Virus record (IMG/VR): IMGVR_UViG_3300008262_006988
Reading direction: 5' to 3' (one strand)
Length of the DNA: 64,000 nucleotides
Source: a virus
Of this stretch, positions 47,403 to 57,342 are shown piece by piece; the first letter of the stretch is position 1; each line of letters opens with the position of its first letter. The notes beneath the pieces are model-generated. The model saw only the letters and a list, made by a program, of their open reading frames with translations. It made no database searches and had not been told where the DNA came from. Position numbers and translations under genes: made by a program.

Positions 47403-48533
47403 TTATGTTTCTCCTGCTTGAACAACTTCTTGTTTTGTAAGCATGTGATACATAAAGTTACGTGTTGTTGAATTAAGTCCATGTAAGGTTATTTTAACCA
47501 TATAAGCATCTGGTACTATTGCTTCTACCTTGTGCGATGACGTAAGCTGACTTACAGCTCTTGTTCCATCTGTTGTAGTATCCACTGTTGTCTGTGTTTC
47601 AGCATACGGTACATCAAATATTAATCGACGACGTGATCCTTGAAAATCAACAGATAAACTTGATATATAAGCGTATGGAAAGAATTTTACTCCTGGTATT
47701 TCAGCCTCGTAAATAACCGGTTGCTCAACAGTGTTGATGCTTGTTTTACCGGGTCTGTTATTATACATTAACAAGAATATAAGCTGCCAATTGTTAAATA
47801 CGTCATTAAAGTCTACTTGACCGGTATTTATTAATGGAAATGTAACAACAATATCTTCACCGTCGTCTGAATAATTAAAAAATTTAGACCTTTCAACATA
47901 TGTAACTTCAAAAGGTCTATTTGTTGCTGCTAACATTTCAGTTACACCTGTAAGAAACTCGGAACCTGCTTGTGCCATACTGCCAAGTACGTTAGTAGGA
48001 CCTGAAGAGCTAAACTGATTCTGTATACCGTCCCATGCATTTTCAAAGTATGGTAAGTAAAATTTCCATCCGGTATTTTCTGTTAAATAAAGATTTCTAT
48101 ATGGTACTAGGTAGGGTGAATTCCAAGCAGTATCGTTAGCGTTACCGGGTAGCACCTTGTCGCTTACCGCTGTAATAAGACCAGCACCTGTTTGTACATC
48201 ACTAGCAATTGTTTTAAGCAATTTACTTGCATCCGGTCTGCTTGCAAGTTGTTGTGCTATCTCGTTTGCTCCGTTAGCAGTTAACCCGAGAGAGTACTTT
48301 AATTGCGCGATAAGAGCGTTGGTACGTAATCTCTTTTCAGTTAATTTTATATACGGAACTTCCTCACGTGAAGCAGGTCTCGGTGAATGAGTCCAATAAT
48401 AATGACGAACAACATCAACCGGTAAAGGAAGCGGTTGTATTATAGGTAGAGCAACAGCGTCATTAACACTAGTAGATGGTACACCGGTTGCGGGTACATC
48501 AAGTGCACTCCTTCTTATTGACCATAAACTCAT
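47403..48533 (-). CDS. Tail-tube initiator/baseplate cap (gp48-like)
   Basis: Position after tape measure; tube-like fold AYISSLSVDFQG..VPDAYMVKITL. Confidence 0.55.
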   Translation of the reverse strand: MSLWSIRRSALDVPATGVPSTSVNDAVALPIIQPLPLPVDVVRHYYWTHSPRPASREEVPYIKLTEKRLRTNALIAQLKYSLGLTANGANEIAQQLASRPDASKLLKTIASDVQTGAGLITAVSDKVLPGNANDTAWNSPYLVPYRNLYLTENTGWKFYLPYFENAWDGIQNQFSSSGPTNVLGSMAQAGSEFLTGVTEMLAATNRPFEVTYVERSKFFNYSDDGEDIVVTFPLINTGQVDFNDVFNNWQLIFLLMYNNRPGKTSINTVEQPVIYEAEIPGVKFFPYAYISSLSVDFQGSRRRLIFDVPYAETQTTVDTTTDGTRAVSQLTSSHKVEAIVPDAYMVKITLHGLNSTTRNFMYHMLTKQEVVQAGET

Positions 48534-48548
48534 ACGTAATATTATTTA

Positions 48549-51149
48549 TTAAGGTGCTATGCCTGCAGCGTTTAATGCATTCATTTTAGAATGTAATGTG
48601 CTTGTATTGCCGAACGAATTTATAGAGTTTTTAACACTACTAACTACGACATTATTTCTTGGTGCATTACCGAGGGATGCAATTCCTTTTGATGTTTGCT
48701 CGAGATGCGAGACTTGTGCTTTGCTATTAAAAGCAGATTCTTTCAGCATATTTAAAATCGGGCCATTAATAAGCTGATATAATTTTTCTTGTGTTTCAAA
48801 CTGTTGTTTACTGTCTTGTTCTTCCTTTACAAGTAAACCTCGATATGTGCTTGTTTGCATTTCAAACTTATCAGGAGCTTGATTTAATCTGTTAAACGGA
48901 GTTGCTGTTATTAAATTTTCTGTAGGTTGGCTTGTAGTTTGTCGAACGTTTACAGGTGCAGGGGAGGAGTATATATCCATTTTTGGAAATAAGTACTCTT
49001 CTGGTATACCTGCTTTATCTACCAATATATCACCTACATTTTTTTGCTTTTCTTTGAGCTCTTTAATTTTCTTTAAAGCCATATCACGTTCTTTTTGTGT
49101 ATTATATAAGTTACCGGTTATAGAAGGGTCTATTAAGCCTTCAAATAAAGAACCAGAAAAAATTAAATTTTGAAAGCCCTGTGATGTTGTAAGATCTTCT
49201 CGTGTTTTTTTATCTTTACCTCGTTTATTTATTTCTTCTTGTTGTTCTTTTATTTGTGCTCTGTATGCTTCAAATTGTTCGAGCTGCTTTTTTTGTTCTT
49301 CGGGTATAACGCTCATATAGCTTGCTTGTCTACTATACTTACCTTCTGTTGAGAAATCTGTAGTAAGTAATTTTAGTGTTGATATTTTACCATCAGGTGT
49401 TACGACTTGTTTTAAACTATCCATTACGTTAAGAAAAGTACGAATGCCTTGTGTAATGCCTGGTGCGTATCTATCAAGTATAAGTAATCCACGATGCTGC
49501 GTTCTTTCGTCGCCGCTAAACACCATTCCAAGACCACTTAATAATTCTGAAATAGTGCTAAATGCTTTGGTGATTTTTTCGCTTATAGTAGTAAACACAG
49601 TGTTAAACATATCGCCAATATTAATTGGTTTTACTTCTTTGCCTGCATCTGGCTTGACACCCATCTTTGCTGCTGTCCAATCAAACGAACTTTTTGCAAG
49701 AGATTTAAATATTTCTGCAACTGGCTTTAATGAAGGGAAGTAATTTGTAGTAATACTGTCTAATGCTGTTGCGACATCATTGTAGTTAATGTCTGTACCT
49801 TTCTTTAATAAGTTAAATACATCACCTAATGCACCAAACCCATCTCTAAAAAATGTAATTACAGGTTGAAATATATTAGCAATACCGCCAAATACACCGT
49901 GATATAATTGCTCAACAGTTGCTCCAATAAACGGTATTTTCATGCTCTTATCACCGGCTTTATCATATGCAGCGCCAAGCAATCTTTCTTTTGAAGTATC
50001 GAGCAATAGTGCGAGGTATTCAGCGCCAGGTATAGCAAACGCAAGCTGTTTAAAGCCTGCTTTATAATTACCTTTATGCATTAAACTCAATGCATCCCAT
50101 AGGTCAACCATTCTACCTATGAAAGGTATATTTCTAATAATTTCTTTTACGCTTTTATTTTTTGGGCCAAGTGATTGAAAGAACGACATTATGCCACCAC
50201 CCATTGAAGTCTTGGTAAATGCATCAAACATTTTCTTTACTGTTGGAAATTTAAATACACCAAAAGCAAGAGCACCAACACCTCCGAGCAAGAGCATAAG
50301 AGGTGATATTAATTTTAGTAGAGGGGACTTACCATCGGCTTTTTTTGAGTCTTTAACCTCATGCAAGAGTGCGTCAAATTTTGTAGCGTTGTCAAGTGAT
50401 GTTAATAATCTTCTATCTTTTCTCGATAAATTAATCTCCGGAGGAGTTGTTTTTTCTTTGCGCTCTCTTGCAGCCGTCCGCTGATTAGCGCTTGTAATAG
50501 CTTCAAATATAGAAGTAAGCTTTTTATCGGATGAAGACTTAAACGAGTTTAAAATATTAATTTGTTGCTTTAATATATTAGCTGCATCACCTTTAACATT
50601 TACATTACCAGATTTACCCGTTGATACCCTATCTTTTAATTGAGCTATAGATGATGTTACGTTGTCGAGTTTACCACCAAGTACAGTAACGATGTTATCT
50701 ATATATGCTTTAAATGGATCTTCTTTACCTTCTTGTGATTTTGAGAGAAATGTTTCACTTACTGTTTTAAAATTTGATGATAATGTTGTTTGTAATTTAT
50801 CGATCGTTTCTTCTTGTTTTGTACCGTACTTATTAAGCTCGTTATTAATGTTTTTGCCTATTTCTTTGTTGGTAGAAACGATATTGGTGTTAATTTTATT
50901 AAGCTCATCAACGGTCTTTTCACCTGCTGATGTTACAGCTTGTTCATTTTTATGTGATGTTCGTACAAGCTCGCTAACAATCTCTTTTACATCGCGTAAT
51001 GCAGTTAAATGCTTAGTAATATCGGGTAATTTGTCACCGAGTACGTGTGCTGTTTTTTCAATGACGCGCTGCTGTGATCTGACTTCTTTTTCAATGTTAG
51101 CAACAGTGCCGAATATAGATTGAAGCTGTTCTGCATTTACCTCGTTCAT
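48549..51149 (-). CDS. Tape measure protein
   Basis: 866 aa, helical, hydrophobic segment LMLLLGGVGALAFGVF, IPFIG repeats; after tube and chaperone genes. Confidence 0.65.
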   Translation of the reverse strand: MNEVNAEQLQSIFGTVANIEKEVRSQQRVIEKTAHVLGDKLPDITKHLTALRDVKEIVSELVRTSHKNEQAVTSAGEKTVDELNKINTNIVSTNKEIGKNINNELNKYGTKQEETIDKLQTTLSSNFKTVSETFLSKSQEGKEDPFKAYIDNIVTVLGGKLDNVTSSIAQLKDRVSTGKSGNVNVKGDAANILKQQINILNSFKSSSDKKLTSIFEAITSANQRTAARERKEKTTPPEINLSRKDRRLLTSLDNATKFDALLHEVKDSKKADGKSPLLKLISPLMLLLGGVGALAFGVFKFPTVKKMFDAFTKTSMGGGIMSFFQSLGPKNKSVKEIIRNIPFIGRMVDLWDALSLMHKGNYKAGFKQLAFAIPGAEYLALLLDTSKERLLGAAYDKAGDKSMKIPFIGATVEQLYHGVFGGIANIFQPVITFFRDGFGALGDVFNLLKKGTDINYNDVATALDSITTNYFPSLKPVAEIFKSLAKSSFDWTAAKMGVKPDAGKEVKPINIGDMFNTVFTTISEKITKAFSTISELLSGLGMVFSGDERTQHRGLLILDRYAPGITQGIRTFLNVMDSLKQVVTPDGKISTLKLLTTDFSTEGKYSRQASYMSVIPEEQKKQLEQFEAYRAQIKEQQEEINKRGKDKKTREDLTTSQGFQNLIFSGSLFEGLIDPSITGNLYNTQKERDMALKKIKELKEKQKNVGDILVDKAGIPEEYLFPKMDIYSSPAPVNVRQTTSQPTENLITATPFNRLNQAPDKFEMQTSTYRGLLVKEEQDSKQQFETQEKLYQLINGPILNMLKESAFNSKAQVSHLEQTSKGIASLGNAPRNNVVVSSVKNSINSFGNTSTLHSKMNALNAAGIAP

Positions 51150-51172
51150 TTAATATATTTAATAAAAAAATA

Positions 51173-51925
51173 TTAAATGGTAAAAAACGATCCGTCGATA
51201 TCTATTGTTATATCACCTATTTTACAGAATTTATTTTCTAAGATTCTATAAGCTTTTATAAAGTCTAAAATAATATTTGTAATATTAGAAGAAAATTTTT
51301 CAGCAATAGCGATTCTATCTTCAATTCTTATAGTGCTAAATATTACCTCAGTAACTTCTTCACCGTTCTTTATAGTAACAGATTTTATAAATTTTAAAAG
51401 CTCGTATATAAATAACTCACCGATAACAGACTTTAAATCTGCACCCTGTTGTTTAAGTTTATTTAGCGAATAATTACTCAACTCAAAGTCGGTTTTAAGC
51501 TGTGGTGCTACTAAGCTTATGGTTATGTTATCGCTTGTAAAAGTGTGTTCAAGATTTGTTAGTTCAATTGAAGGAGCGTTAGCAATAACTTCTTCTAAGT
51601 TTATATCCCTTTCACCGTTGTTATAAGATTTATCAATACCAGTTGAACGTAATGTAAGCGCTATAACTACACGATCAATAGTTGTTAGCGTATTAATGTC
51701 TATGCTCTCTGTACTATTTTCTTTTATAATGTTGTATATGTTAGCATTAAACGAAAGTTTAGTAAGAGATTCATCTATAGCTGATTTAAGTAAATTTTTC
51801 TGTTGCTTTAGTGTAAGATTTTTAAATTTGACAGTTCTTTTTAACGTCGGTATAAAAACATCGATAAGAGCTTGCTGGTTAATATTATCAAGCTGCTTTA
51901 GTAAGTCATTAACATTTGCATTCAT
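51173..51925 (-). CDS. Baseplate hub assembly chaperone (gp26-like), start MNANVND
   Basis: VFIPTLKRTVKFKNLTLKQQK..LTTIDR..LTLR. Confidence 0.7.
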   Translation of the reverse strand: MNANVNDLLKQLDNINQQALIDVFIPTLKRTVKFKNLTLKQQKNLLKSAIDESLTKLSFNANIYNIIKENSTESIDINTLTTIDRVVIALTLRSTGIDKSYNNGERDINLEEVIANAPSIELTNLEHTFTSDNITISLVAPQLKTDFELSNYSLNKLKQQGADLKSVIGELFIYELLKFIKSVTIKNGEEVTEVIFSTIRIEDRIAIAEKFSSNITNIILDFIKAYRILENKFCKIGDITIDIDGSFFTI

Positions 51926-51973
51926 GTCTTTATTATATATAATCAAAACTATATAGTATTCAACCTATATACG

Positions 51974-52846
51974 CTATTGAGGTGGTGGTCCGATCATTAC
52001 CGACCGGTTCTGTTGTTTTTGTTGTTCGCTTTTTTCCTTATTATAAAAATTAATATACAGCATAAGCTCTGCCGGTGTCGATCCATACACTACATCGTAG
52101 GGTAGTTTTAACTTTGATGTTAAAATATATTCAAGCTCATATATAGACAGCAACTCCCTTTTATAGCATAATTTAAGAAATTCGAGTACTGAATTTTCAA
52201 CAAGGGTTAACGGTACTTCTAGAGAATTATCAGGTGATGTATCCGGCGCCATAACTGTCATTAAATTTATACCATTTATTTTGCTCTCTAGTTCTGTTAA
52301 AAAATTCTTAGCGTCTTTAAAAACATTTACCGGTAATCGTTCTACTATATCGTCTCTCTCTAACGGTACTACAATATTATTAATTTTTATTTGTCTTATT
52401 GTTGTAAATAATGATTCGTTAGTTTTATCAATAAATAAATTATTTGGTATACCAAAAGTAACTTCAAGTATAGCATTATATGTTTTTATAATCGTATCAT
52501 ATCCTGTTAAATCGAGTTCAGCAAGCTTTTGTATAATATCGTAAATACGGTAATTTACGTTAAACTTTTTTTCTGTTTCTGGCGATGTCACGATTAGTTC
52601 TATGTCAGAAAGTATGCAAACTGAACGGATTGTAAGCAGTATAAGCAGCTTATCAAGAAATGTAAAGGTTTCGTGTTTCTGATCGGTGGCTTTTTCAATA
52701 AGCTCATTAAACGCAACTTCAATTAATGCGTTGTTGTCGTTTGTTATAGTCTTTACTATACTTTTATATTCTTTAAACGTTAACTCTTTTAGTCTTATAG
52801 TGCGTTGCTGGCTGGGTATATATACTGTATAATAAAAAGAAAGCAT
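51974..52846 (-). CDS. Hub/tail assembly chaperone (gp26-like plus gp51-like C-terminus)
   Basis: VYIPSQQRTIRLKELTFKEYK..FLDKLLILLTIR; C-terminal YELEY..TPAELMLYI. Confidence 0.65.
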   Translation of the reverse strand: MLSFYYTVYIPSQQRTIRLKELTFKEYKSIVKTITNDNNALIEVAFNELIEKATDQKHETFTFLDKLLILLTIRSVCILSDIELIVTSPETEKKFNVNYRIYDIIQKLAELDLTGYDTIIKTYNAILEVTFGIPNNLFIDKTNESLFTTIRQIKINNIVVPLERDDIVERLPVNVFKDAKNFLTELESKINGINLMTVMAPDTSPDNSLEVPLTLVENSVLEFLKLCYKRELLSIYELEYILTSKLKLPYDVVYGSTPAELMLYINFYNKEKSEQQKQQNRSVMIGPPPQ

Positions 52847-52883
52847 TGATAATAATTAATGCTATTTCTGTATAACTCAATAA

Positions 52884-53771
52884 TTACAGCGGTGTAAAGC
52901 TGTTAATGTTAAACGCACCGCCTGTTATTTTAGGGAAACCGTTTTTAGAAATGTTGTTAATGATGCTGATGATCGGGAAATAAGAGTTATTGGCGACTGT
53001 ATAATGAGAGTATGTCCAGCGTGTTGTAATTGTCGAAAGTTTTTCCTCAGTGTAGTCGAGTGTCTGCTCACCGACGTTATAAGGTACACAATTATAAAAT
53101 TGCCACACTTTACGTGGGATCATTGACATATTAGCTAATGATCGTGAGTATTGCATCACCATCACGTTTGCTTTTACATTCTTCGGATCTCGTGTTATTG
53201 GTGTATCTCCAGGTCTCGCTGCAAGACCGTAATGTGAAGCGAGTATTACCCATGGTCTTATTACGAAATCAACGAATGATGTATTAGTCTCTCTAAACTC
53301 AAGCGCAAGTGTTGGCGGCTCGATTTGTCTCCCGTTAGCTATTATGCCTGGCGTAAAACCGCGATTGTTTGGTACGCTTATAGATCCGACATCATACTGT
53401 TCATTAGGTAGAGTAGCGCTGTAGGTAAACAGACATCCTACTATTCTTTGTGTTGCATGATTATATGTCGTGTTTTTTGCAACGTCAATATCAAACCCGT
53501 GCTTACTACCGTCTGTTCGTTCAAGCGTCTGAAGAACTTCTGTGGTCAGATTTCGAGGTAAACTTTCAATGAGGACAATCCACTGTGTTGATAGCGGTGT
53601 TGCTGTAATCCACGAATCCATCTGCGCGAGAAAATAATCCCGTGCACTTATAAGAGGTTGACCAGGTATATTAGTACCAATGAGTTCGGTGATTTGTGGA
53701 GCAAACGGCGGGTTAGTACCGTTAATTAACCCCACAGCGTTGTTTAGCGCGCTAGTTATTGGATCTGTCAC
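52884..53771 (-). CDS. Tail-tube-like baseplate protein (gp54-like)
   Basis: Tube fold LEFRETN..PWV..WQFYNCVP..LDY; late box at 53777-53782. Confidence 0.65.
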   Translation of the reverse strand: MTDPITSALNNAVGLINGTNPPFAPQITELIGTNIPGQPLISARDYFLAQMDSWITATPLSTQWIVLIESLPRNLTTEVLQTLERTDGSKHGFDIDVAKNTTYNHATQRIVGCLFTYSATLPNEQYDVGSISVPNNRGFTPGIIANGRQIEPPTLALEFRETNTSFVDFVIRPWVILASHYGLAARPGDTPITRDPKNVKANVMVMQYSRSLANMSMIPRKVWQFYNCVPYNVGEQTLDYTEEKLSTITTRWTYSHYTVANNSYFPIISIINNISKNGFPKITGGAFNINSFTPL

Positions 53772-53788
53772 TTAATTATTTATTAAGT

Positions 53789-54352
53789 CTACGCTGATCT
53801 CGTGAAGTAGTGATAAGATAATGTAGTAGTAAACTCTACTGTTTCACCTGTACCTGCTGCAATATTATAATTTAATGCACCAACAGATCTCGGTGATACA
53901 CCGACTAGTGTGTACTCTGCGACTTTAAGCATTTTATTGTCGAGCTGAACGAGAGTGATGTATGATGTTTGCCTTGGTGTGAGGTAATCACCTGTGCTGG
54001 TTGCATCATCAAACGTATATCTTGACCAGTCTTCGAATTTTTGGCGTATTTGTGATTTTGCATCAGCATAGAAGGTAAGTGAGTAGCTATCGCTACCTGG
54101 GTATACTGCATTACCTGGTACGTTAAAGTTAAGACCCATAAACGGTACAGGTACATTTGTTATTGCTCTTTCAGGTAATGTCGCAGTTTTGACATATACA
54201 AGATCAGAATTATCAAAAACAATTGGTTGTCCTGCAGCGTTTACTGCACTACCTGTATTGATTTGTAATACACGGAAATTAAAATCGCGAGCGAATTCTC
54301 TTTCACGTGCTACTCTGTAGAAGTCTTGGATTAGTTGATTTACGTCTGCCAT
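53789..54352 (-). CDS. Tail tube protein (gp19-like)
   Basis: VKTATLP..VPFMG..VPG..LTFY..FEDW..LVQLD..EFTTTLSYHYF; late box at 54358-54363. Confidence 0.9.
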   Translation of the reverse strand: MADVNQLIQDFYRVAREREFARDFNFRVLQINTGSAVNAAGQPIVFDNSDLVYVKTATLPERAITNVPVPFMGLNFNVPGNAVYPGSDSYSLTFYADAKSQIRQKFEDWSRYTFDDATSTGDYLTPRQTSYITLVQLDNKMLKVAEYTLVGVSPRSVGALNYNIAAGTGETVEFTTTLSYHYFTRSA

Positions 54353-54379
54353 ATAATTATTTAGTTAAATGTTAGCTAT

Positions 54380-56692
54380 TTAGGCAACAATTTCTTGGAA
54401 ATTAGCTCCTGTTCTTGTTGCATAGAAGTTGACAAGAATAAACTCTGCAGCTCTCACTGGTTTGAGATATATGTCAACTATAAGTTCGTTTTGATCGATA
54501 ACATCAGGTGTATTGTTTCTTTCATCGCATATGATCAAGTAGTCATATACACCTTGTGTATTTTTGGCGAGATCAAATATAGGTGAGAGAACGTTTTTAA
54601 CATTTGTTCTTGTAAACAGTGTGTTAGGTTCAAATACAAAATATCTCACTGTATTTTTTGTCTGCACTTCGAGGTATAAGAATAGACGGCGTACGTTTAC
54701 TCTATCAAATGCACTTGGTCTCTTAAGTGATGTCTTTTGACCGAAGATTACAAACCCTTCATTCGGGAAGAATACTACAGGGTTAAGTGATAGCTTATAC
54801 AATTGATCACGTTGTTTTTGTTTCGGGAAAAATCCGAGATCAGTTATACCTGTCACTACACCTCTCGTAAACCCTGCAGGTGCAAACCATGGATAGAAGT
54901 TAGTATCTGTTTCAGCCATCGAGGCTGCTGCAAAACCTGAGAATGGTACCCATGTTTGTCTATTAGAAGTCATGTCTGCAACTTTTGCAATGTTAGCATA
55001 TATTGCTACATAGCTTGAATTAATACCTGCAAATTGATTTCTTAACGGCCAGTAAATGTGTTGTGAGAAGTTTTTCTCTGGGTCATCTAATGTTTTAATA
55101 TCATTACCTTCAACAAATATATTTGTAAGAGGATCTGCAATAAATAAGTGATCTTTACGCTTATTATCTGCAAAGGTGATAAATTCGTTTGCAACTGCAA
55201 GGTAGTATTGTGCTGCTTGCGGTATGGTATCCTCACTTTGTGCTGTTAACCCGTTTGTAAGGTTTGTATACGGTACCATGTCGTCAAAATAACCACTTGT
55301 TGAAGGGTTAAGTGAGTTTACATATACTGTACCGAGACCAGCTTCGCAGGTGATGCTAAGCGGATATATTTCGCTATTTTCGATTTTATCGAGACATGTC
55401 TGTACTTTCGCTGGTACATTACCGATTTTCTTTGTGTCGAGGCTTTGCTCTACATAATCACTTACTGCAAAAAGATGGTTTGTTGTCTTGAGATCGTTAA
55501 CCATCGCTTGTACAACAGCAGAAGGTGCACCCATACGTGTTGTGTATGATGAGACTGTGTCATCTGCTAACGGTGCGACGCGTGGTCCACTTAAGAAGCG
55601 GACGTTTTTTGTTGGTACACCGTTAATATCATCCCACGAGACACCTTTATTTTTATTAGAGATGTAAGGGTTTACAAGAGTAATAATATTTTTAGAGCTG
55701 TCGTCAAGATTTTCGAGGAAGAATGTTTTTGCTGGTCCACCGTTTGGATCGTTAATTTGACTATAGTAATCGAGTGAAGCTACATAGCTCTCTTCAAGAA
55801 TAAAGTCAAGTGCGATTGTATCAGGTGAGAAAATTGATTGACGTAATTTAAATAAACCAAAGGCGACAGTATCGTTGTCAACTTTAGAGCTTATATTAAA
55901 GGATGGCAAGTTTTCCATTACCTCAGAAACACTATCAACCACACCTTCGGCTGCTGCGGAAAGCGGGAAATTGAGACGTGTTGTCGGTACTTCAACGTAC
56001 GTGCTTGTACCACCGTCATATATAGAAGTAAGAGTATTATTAATGGATAATACGTTAATAATATTATCGAAAGTAGTAGCAGGGTTGAGGTTTGAGTTAT
56101 CTATAAGACCAACATAGTAACCTTCAAACTTACTATTAATTGTTGTCTGTGCTTTATTAAGCACTATAAGACCAGCTTTTCCAAAATCACTTACACTTGT
56201 AAAACCTGGCGTAGCTTTGCCGCTTGCAGACCAAGTAAATGCATCACCGCGTAAAATACCAAGATATTGTTCTTTTGTTAATTTTACGTGAGTTGGTTTA
56301 CCGAAGAAATATGTACCATTTGCAATATCAAAGTTTGTTGAAGAAAGACCTGATGTTGAGTTGTATGTTTTGGTTGGGTATACAAGAGCACTATATGTGC
56401 TGCTAAAGTCAACACCTTGGTTTTCACCGTATGGCAATCTATAAACAAGTACATCTGCTGGTGTTTTTGATACCGCTTTTACGGTATGATAGAAATATCT
56501 CTCTGCAGAATTGGTTGGTACACCAAAAATACGCTCATATTCTGAGAGTGATCCTATTTGTATAGGTTCTGATGTCGGCCCTTTTGCGGCAAAGCCGGGA
56601 ATAAAAACCGTTGTAGGCGGTGCACCTACCGCTCTCAATGAGAGATCTACTTCATTAATCTGAACACCGGGACTCTGTATCGTTCTTGCCAT
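54380..56692 (-). CDS. Tail sheath protein (gp18-like)
   Basis: SPGVQINEVDLS, PWFAPAGFTRG, QRDQLY, FDRVNVRRLF, FVFEPN, ICDERNNTP. Confidence 0.95.
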   Translation of the reverse strand: MARTIQSPGVQINEVDLSLRAVGAPPTTVFIPGFAAKGPTSEPIQIGSLSEYERIFGVPTNSAERYFYHTVKAVSKTPADVLVYRLPYGENQGVDFSSTYSALVYPTKTYNSTSGLSSTNFDIANGTYFFGKPTHVKLTKEQYLGILRGDAFTWSASGKATPGFTSVSDFGKAGLIVLNKAQTTINSKFEGYYVGLIDNSNLNPATTFDNIINVLSINNTLTSIYDGGTSTYVEVPTTRLNFPLSAAAEGVVDSVSEVMENLPSFNISSKVDNDTVAFGLFKLRQSIFSPDTIALDFILEESYVASLDYYSQINDPNGGPAKTFFLENLDDSSKNIITLVNPYISNKNKGVSWDDINGVPTKNVRFLSGPRVAPLADDTVSSYTTRMGAPSAVVQAMVNDLKTTNHLFAVSDYVEQSLDTKKIGNVPAKVQTCLDKIENSEIYPLSITCEAGLGTVYVNSLNPSTSGYFDDMVPYTNLTNGLTAQSEDTIPQAAQYYLAVANEFITFADNKRKDHLFIADPLTNIFVEGNDIKTLDDPEKNFSQHIYWPLRNQFAGINSSYVAIYANIAKVADMTSNRQTWVPFSGFAAASMAETDTNFYPWFAPAGFTRGVVTGITDLGFFPKQKQRDQLYKLSLNPVVFFPNEGFVIFGQKTSLKRPSAFDRVNVRRLFLYLEVQTKNTVRYFVFEPNTLFTRTNVKNVLSPIFDLAKNTQGVYDYLIICDERNNTPDVIDQNELIVDIYLKPVRAAEFILVNFYATRTGANFQEIVA

Positions 56693-56698
56693 ATAAAT

Positions 56699-56706
56699 TA
56701 TTTATG
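56699..56706 (-). promoter_or_regulatory. Late promoter CATAAATA of the sheath gene
   Basis: 6 nt before ATG 56692. Confidence 0.7.
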
Positions 56707-56751
56707 GCTTTTAGTTTTACTTTTTAAAAAATGACAAACTATTCTGAAAAT

Positions 56752-57339
56752 TTATATATAGTCGTTTAAAGGTTCAACTATTAATTGTGAATAATCATAT
56801 GTAAAAGATGATTCCATTTCATTTGAATTACGGTAATCATACTCTATACCTCCAAGACCAGTAGGGAATGATTGAATATATTTAAATTCTATAATTTTTT
56901 TGTTATATTCATCTAACCCAAAAATGGAAATATCACACCTATACTCAAGATTTGATTTATTGCTTGTTAAATCTTGTATATCGTATACACCTATCTGATC
57001 ATCATTTAAAAGTTTTAACCATTTATATATAAACCAGTAGTTATTAAATCTATTATCTATAGTAAATTTTACAGAGTTAGGTTGATATGGTTTTCTTGCA
57101 TGGCTTGTATGTAATAGAGAGTGACCTGCATAAGGTGTTGTAACTGCAGGTACCTCAATATCAGGTACTATATGACCATATATTGAAAATTGTAGACTTT
57201 CTGGTATTATAGTATCAGGAGAACGTATTTGTTTTGATGATATCTCACGTAATGCCGGGGGTATATTAATAACCATGAGAAATTTGTCTTTTCTCGATTT
57301 GTTTAATGGGCTTTGTATGTATGTTATTTCGTTTGCCAT
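56752..57339 (-). CDS. Tail completion/tube terminator (gp3-like)
   Basis: VKFTIDNRFNNYWFIYKWL..FPTGLGGIEYD..FTYDY. Confidence 0.7.
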   Translation of the reverse strand: MANEITYIQSPLNKSRKDKFLMVINIPPALREISSKQIRSPDTIIPESLQFSIYGHIVPDIEVPAVTTPYAGHSLLHTSHARKPYQPNSVKFTIDNRFNNYWFIYKWLKLLNDDQIGVYDIQDLTSNKSNLEYRCDISIFGLDEYNKKIIEFKYIQSFPTGLGGIEYDYRNSNEMESSFTYDYSQLIVEPLNDYI

Positions 57340-57342
57340 GTA

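Noticed and set aside
39640-56733. Shared 13-mer tttttaaaaaatg near two CATAAATA promoters (39640 and 56721)
   Set aside because: Low complexity, different spacing to the box and only two copies; may be chance in AT-rich DNA
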